This document shows positions 59,780 to 64,000 of a stretch of DNA of 64,000 bases, piece by piece; position 1 is the first letter of the stretch; each line of letters begins with the position of its first letter. Source of the DNA: Podarcis muralis (taxonomy: Eukaryota); NCBI RefSeq assembly GCF_964188315.1, contig NC_135666.1, forward strand, positions 25,544,001-25,608,000, written 5' to 3'. A program made the translations under genes and the position numbers. The notes under the pieces were generated by a model. The model was not told the origin of the DNA. It was given only the letters and a program-made list of their open reading frames with translations, and made no database searches.

Positions 59780-60260
59780 GGGTGGCCTTGAAGAGAGACT
59801 CTTGACTCAGCTGGTGGATAAACACATAGTGGGTGGCCCGATTAGAGGAGATTCCAAGCAGGGAGGGAGCAAGGATGGAGGCATACCAGAAGAAGAATAG
59901 AGCAAAGATCTAGGCTCAGAGCAAGTCTTGTCACAATAGGAGGAAGAAAAAGGCAGAAGTTCTGGGGCTAGACACCCTAGTAGCAAGCCAAGAGGGCATG
60001 GGGCAACTGAGGGAAAGGAGAGACTACTTATACACTTGATGGTGGAGGGATTATTGGAGAAACAAGGCAGATTAAATAAACAGATCTCAGAGGATGTGAA
60101 GGGCTCTAAACTAATCTGAGTGGACATCTCACCAGGTTTTTTCCAAAGGAAAGTGAACCCCTTGGGTCTCTGAAGACCACTGGGATCCATAGTGGGAGAG
60201 CTCTTATTATTGGGAACTCTAGAAGGGCCAAGGATATTGGTAGTGTTGTAGCACTTTTCA
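59780..60260 (+). mobile_element. Possible degraded LTR-like element
   Basis: Purine-rich strand with composition like the two solo LTRs and AATAAA near 60076. No TG/CA termini or TSD identified; boundaries are approximate. Confidence 0.3.
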
Positions 60261-63200
60261 GTCACTTCCCACTTTTCCTTGTTCCTCTAGCTGCTGGAAA
60301 GAGTTTTCTGAAGATCACTGCTTAGCACAGTGGTGGGGAACCTGCTACTCTCCAGATGTTGGCCTCTAGCTCCCATCAGACTCATCTAGCATAACCAGTG
60401 GCGAGGGGTGATGAGAGCTGTAGCTCAGCAACATCTGGAGGGCCACATGTTCACCCACTGGCTGAGCCACATACATGTTTTGTTTTGCTTCCTTGGAGGC
60501 TCATATCTCTGCAGCTTTCTCCATTAGAATTCTGGACCATCAAGGTTCTCTTTTCCTTCTCTTAAACTGTCTTCTATCCAATAATGACCACCAATATCTT
60601 TTGTCAGAGTTCAGCAGTTTTCAAGTTACTCAATGATAATCTGCTCCAGCTTTCAATTGGACTAGGAATGAGTCGTCCTGGTTTCTGGAGGTATGCAGAA
60701 GGCCTCTGCCACTTCTCTTTCTTCTCTTCTCACCAGATAATTCACTAATAAATATATCTGTTTCTTTGTTCTTGCCACTCTATCTGTTTCTTGTTAGGAA
60801 TGACTCCTTAGTTTGCAACTTGTGGGAGTTCAGGGTTGTCATAAACTACCTAGCATATTACTTTCAACCTGATTGCAAATACTTTTGAGAGGTCACTTTT
60901 TGGACCTAATTTATGTGAAAAATTGCTGGTGTTGATGCACATGACATTTTCAGAAGGTTAGTTATTTTTGTTTCTCTCTTTTTTTAAGAAGTGCTGTTCG
61001 TGAAGTGATTTTTTTTAAAAAAGACAGAAGCATTGTCTGACTTGTCCAGTGGAGGTCACTATTGAGATTATTATTATTTCTTTAAAAGCCACTTGGTGAA
61101 ACTTCAGGAAACTTGTGACAGTATGCAGGAGTTTATTATTGAATGCTTTTTTGTGAGTTATAAGGCAACTTGCAGTTTCATCTTTGATAGACCCTAATTC
61201 TATAACCATACCTGTTCTAGGATTTTTCTGGCTTCGTTCTGCTCTCTATCTTCAGATGTTAAGAGCAAGTACTTGTTGGCCAGTTGCGCAGTCTGTTCCA
61301 CAGTTGTCTGGTTGCTTTGCATTAATGTCACAGGTGGAGAACCTGTGGTTCAGAAGGAAGAAGTGGATGCAGGCATTTGAGCAAAACAGAGGAACCTGTG
61401 GCTGTTATTGGACTCACATCAGCCCCAGCCAGCATGGCCAATGATCAGGGAGGATGGGACTTGCAGTCCAACAACATCTGGAAGGCTGCAGGTTCCCCAT
61501 CCCTGATCTATACAATTTCCCCTTTCAGAATTTAGAAACACATACTTGAAAGAGATTGCGGGTAGAGAGAACACAAGAGGATCATTTTCAGCGGCCACAC
61601 TCAAACTTTGGCATTTCCTCTCTAGGGACATTTGCCTCATCCCTTCCATGATGGCATCCTGGTGAGGGAGAAAGCTTCTCTCTCTCTTTTTAAAGCTGAA
61701 TTTCATTTGACTGGAATGAATATTTTCTTAAGGAGTGCTGCCTTTGCTTCTGGGCTTGTTCATCTATTGATTTTTGGTGTGTGGTTTTTATGGTATATTT
61801 ACTTTTTGATGAATTTTCTTTTTTTTTTAGAAGCCACCTTGAGCAAGCATTGTGCTGGGAATTCAGGATATCAATACTATAAATAAATAGAAGTGGTTAC
61901 TTAAGTAAAAGTCAGCTGAAGATTTGTTTGTAAGCAGCTTGGATTTTAAACGGCAGTCTCACGCCTACCCTTCACAGCTATGTTTAACATGGAGGTATTG
62001 AAAACCTTTATACATTTCAGTTTGCTGTCCAGAATTAGAAATAACAATGGGCAAACTCTGCCTGTGTTAACTCTGGAGCCACAGTAAAGCGATATGTTCG
62101 TTAAGGGATATTTCTTTGCATTGCTCCAAGTTAAGTCCCTGGCATCGCCATTTGAAAGGATCAGTTGTGGGGTGATGAAAAACATTTTAGCCTAAGGATC
62201 TGCAGAGCTGCAGCCTTTCTAGGCTAAATTAGCCTACTAGGCTAAATGGTCTGAACTTGTATAAGAAAGCTTCCTATGTTACAGCAATCCTGGGCAGGCC
62301 AGGACTGTAGCTGGAAAATATATGATGCGTTGGTCTTGCTTCAGCTAGGAAGGTCTGGATGAGATCAGTCCTGAATGGGATGTTGAGAGCTGTCTTGCAG
62401 GGCATACATTAGTTTGAACACAGTCAAAATTAATCTAAACATCTTCAAGCAAACAAAAGCCATAGGACTTCCAAACTTAAAAAATAAATAAAAATGCTCG
62501 TTTAATATGAAGGCTTACAGCTTTAATCCATTTCCCCTCATGTGAATCCTCCCAAGTTAAATGCTTAGATGGTTAAGACGGCTGAAATTTCAATCAAAGC
62601 CATTCTCAATTATATGAAAATAGAGGCTGGCAATATCATCGTACAATACCTGTGTCAAGCCATCTTTCATTCGTTAAACTAAAAAATGTCCTTTTTTCTG
62701 AAGCTTAGAGTAAAATCAATAACCATCTTTTAGTCAGGCTGCATGCTGAAGGGATTTAGAAAATATATAATCTTGTCGGGGGGGGGGGAGCACATTGCTA
62801 TGTAAACTGAACATTGGGAAAAGGTTTAATATTAATTTCATTCTGACATTCCAGGTTAATCTGCACACATTGCCTCTTGTTGCTCAAACCATAACTCCCC
62901 CCTCCCTTGAACTGGTCCCAGGATGATGCAGAAATCTTGTTGAAACCAATCAGATCTTGGTCTGGTCAATGGATGATGATGATGATTTTATTGTTTATAC
63001 CCCGCCCAACTGGCTGGGATGAGAGACCACCTGAGAACCCTTTGCACATCACTCTGAGTTCCAAGATAGAAGAAGGGCAGACATGTTTGGGTTAAAAGGA
63101 GTTGATGGGTAAAACTACTATGCATGTATTTTTTAAAAAGTAGGTGCCACCTATTTCTCCTAAAAGAATCGAGGTGGTTGAGAAGCAGTAATAAAAGTTA

Positions 63201-64000
63201 AGCAAAGCAAACATAATCCCTAAATTCTAGTATATACTCTGGTTTTAAAAATTAACACTGTCCAGCCCATTTAACAAATCCCGGCAGCACAAAAATAGCA
63301 TAAGCTATCAAAAACTGCATCAGTAACAAAAGCCACATCGTCACCAACCACCTGAAGCAATGTGGTTCTCAAAAGAGTATATAAGAGAGCATGGCAAGTG
63401 TGGCAGGAAGATTCAAGGACAATCAATATTATATTTTGGGAATAATCATGTTCTTATGTAGCTGCATTGTTTTATAATTTCTGGATATCCCACGATCATA
63501 TTATAAAGTAGTTGTGTTCACCTATGTTCAAAATCAAGCACTGCTAGGAATTGTTTATTTTTGTTTTCTAACTTATAAAAAAATTCGGTGTGGCATGAGC
63601 AAATTTTTATTCTGAAAGTGTGACCGAGAGAAAAAGAAATTTGAGAACCACTGCAATAGAGTGATGAGGACTTAACAAACCCTGCTCAGAAAGATATTCC
63701 ATAGGGTAGGTGCCACAACATAAAAGGCCCTGCCTATAATTGACACTCATGAGGTCAAGGGATTTGAAGCAGAGCCTCAGGTGATATTTTCATTTCTGAT
63801 TTGTTTATTAATTAATTAACTAATGATGGGAAGGTTAGTAGATTTCACAGGTGGTTGAGGGGGTGGTGACAAAACGATATCTAGGACACAGCTTCATATG
63901 CCTGAGATAAGGACAGGGGGTATGTATCAGAACAGTAAGGAAATAAATGGTAAAAAAACCTGATTGTCATCAGAGGGGTTATCTAAGACTTTAAAAGCTT

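Noticed and set aside
59807-60265. 152-aa minus-strand ORF, or a third intact LTR ORF
   Set aside because: The S/P/L-rich peptide is the antisense of a purine-rich strand. The plus-strand frame I read is interrupted by a stop, and no termini or TSD were found.
56615-64000. Next RSU1 coding exon (VPPNIAELKNLEVLN-like)
   Set aside because: Not found by eye in this interval; it is probably beyond position 64000.

Overview
Vertebrate genomic DNA from a squamate, most likely a lacertid lizard (Podarcis-type Sauria SINEs, BovB, lizard CR1/L2). It is not prokaryotic. Two tandem + strand genes are present. (1) The 3' part of cubilin (CUBN): 31 coding exons from 1612 to the stop codon at 47154. I spliced them by hand into one uninterrupted frame (5533 nt: 1 phase base plus 1843 codons plus TGA) encoding the C-half of CUB12 through CUB27, two exons per domain, with AATAAA at 47242. 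(2) The 5' end of RSU1: CpG-island promoter (~49850-50620), non-coding exon 1 ending at 50412, and coding exons at 52791-52906 and 56564-56614. The CUBN-RSU1 order matches the human arrangement as I recall it. Introns carry many transposons, several with exact TSDs. Best leads: (a) two divergent solo LTRs (16200-16651 +, 35044-35546 -), each with a stop-free acidic reading frame that starts at LTR base 2 and runs exactly 108 codons, suggesting an ORF overlapping the LTR; (b) a 1.39-kb TA-flanked Tc1/mariner-type element (27633-29021) carrying a CpG-rich higher-order array of 88/90-bp palindromic units between perfect 45-bp direct repeats. CUB numbers and human exon equivalents come from my memory of the human gene, not from an alignment. 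Repeat family names come from recognition only; no database search was run.
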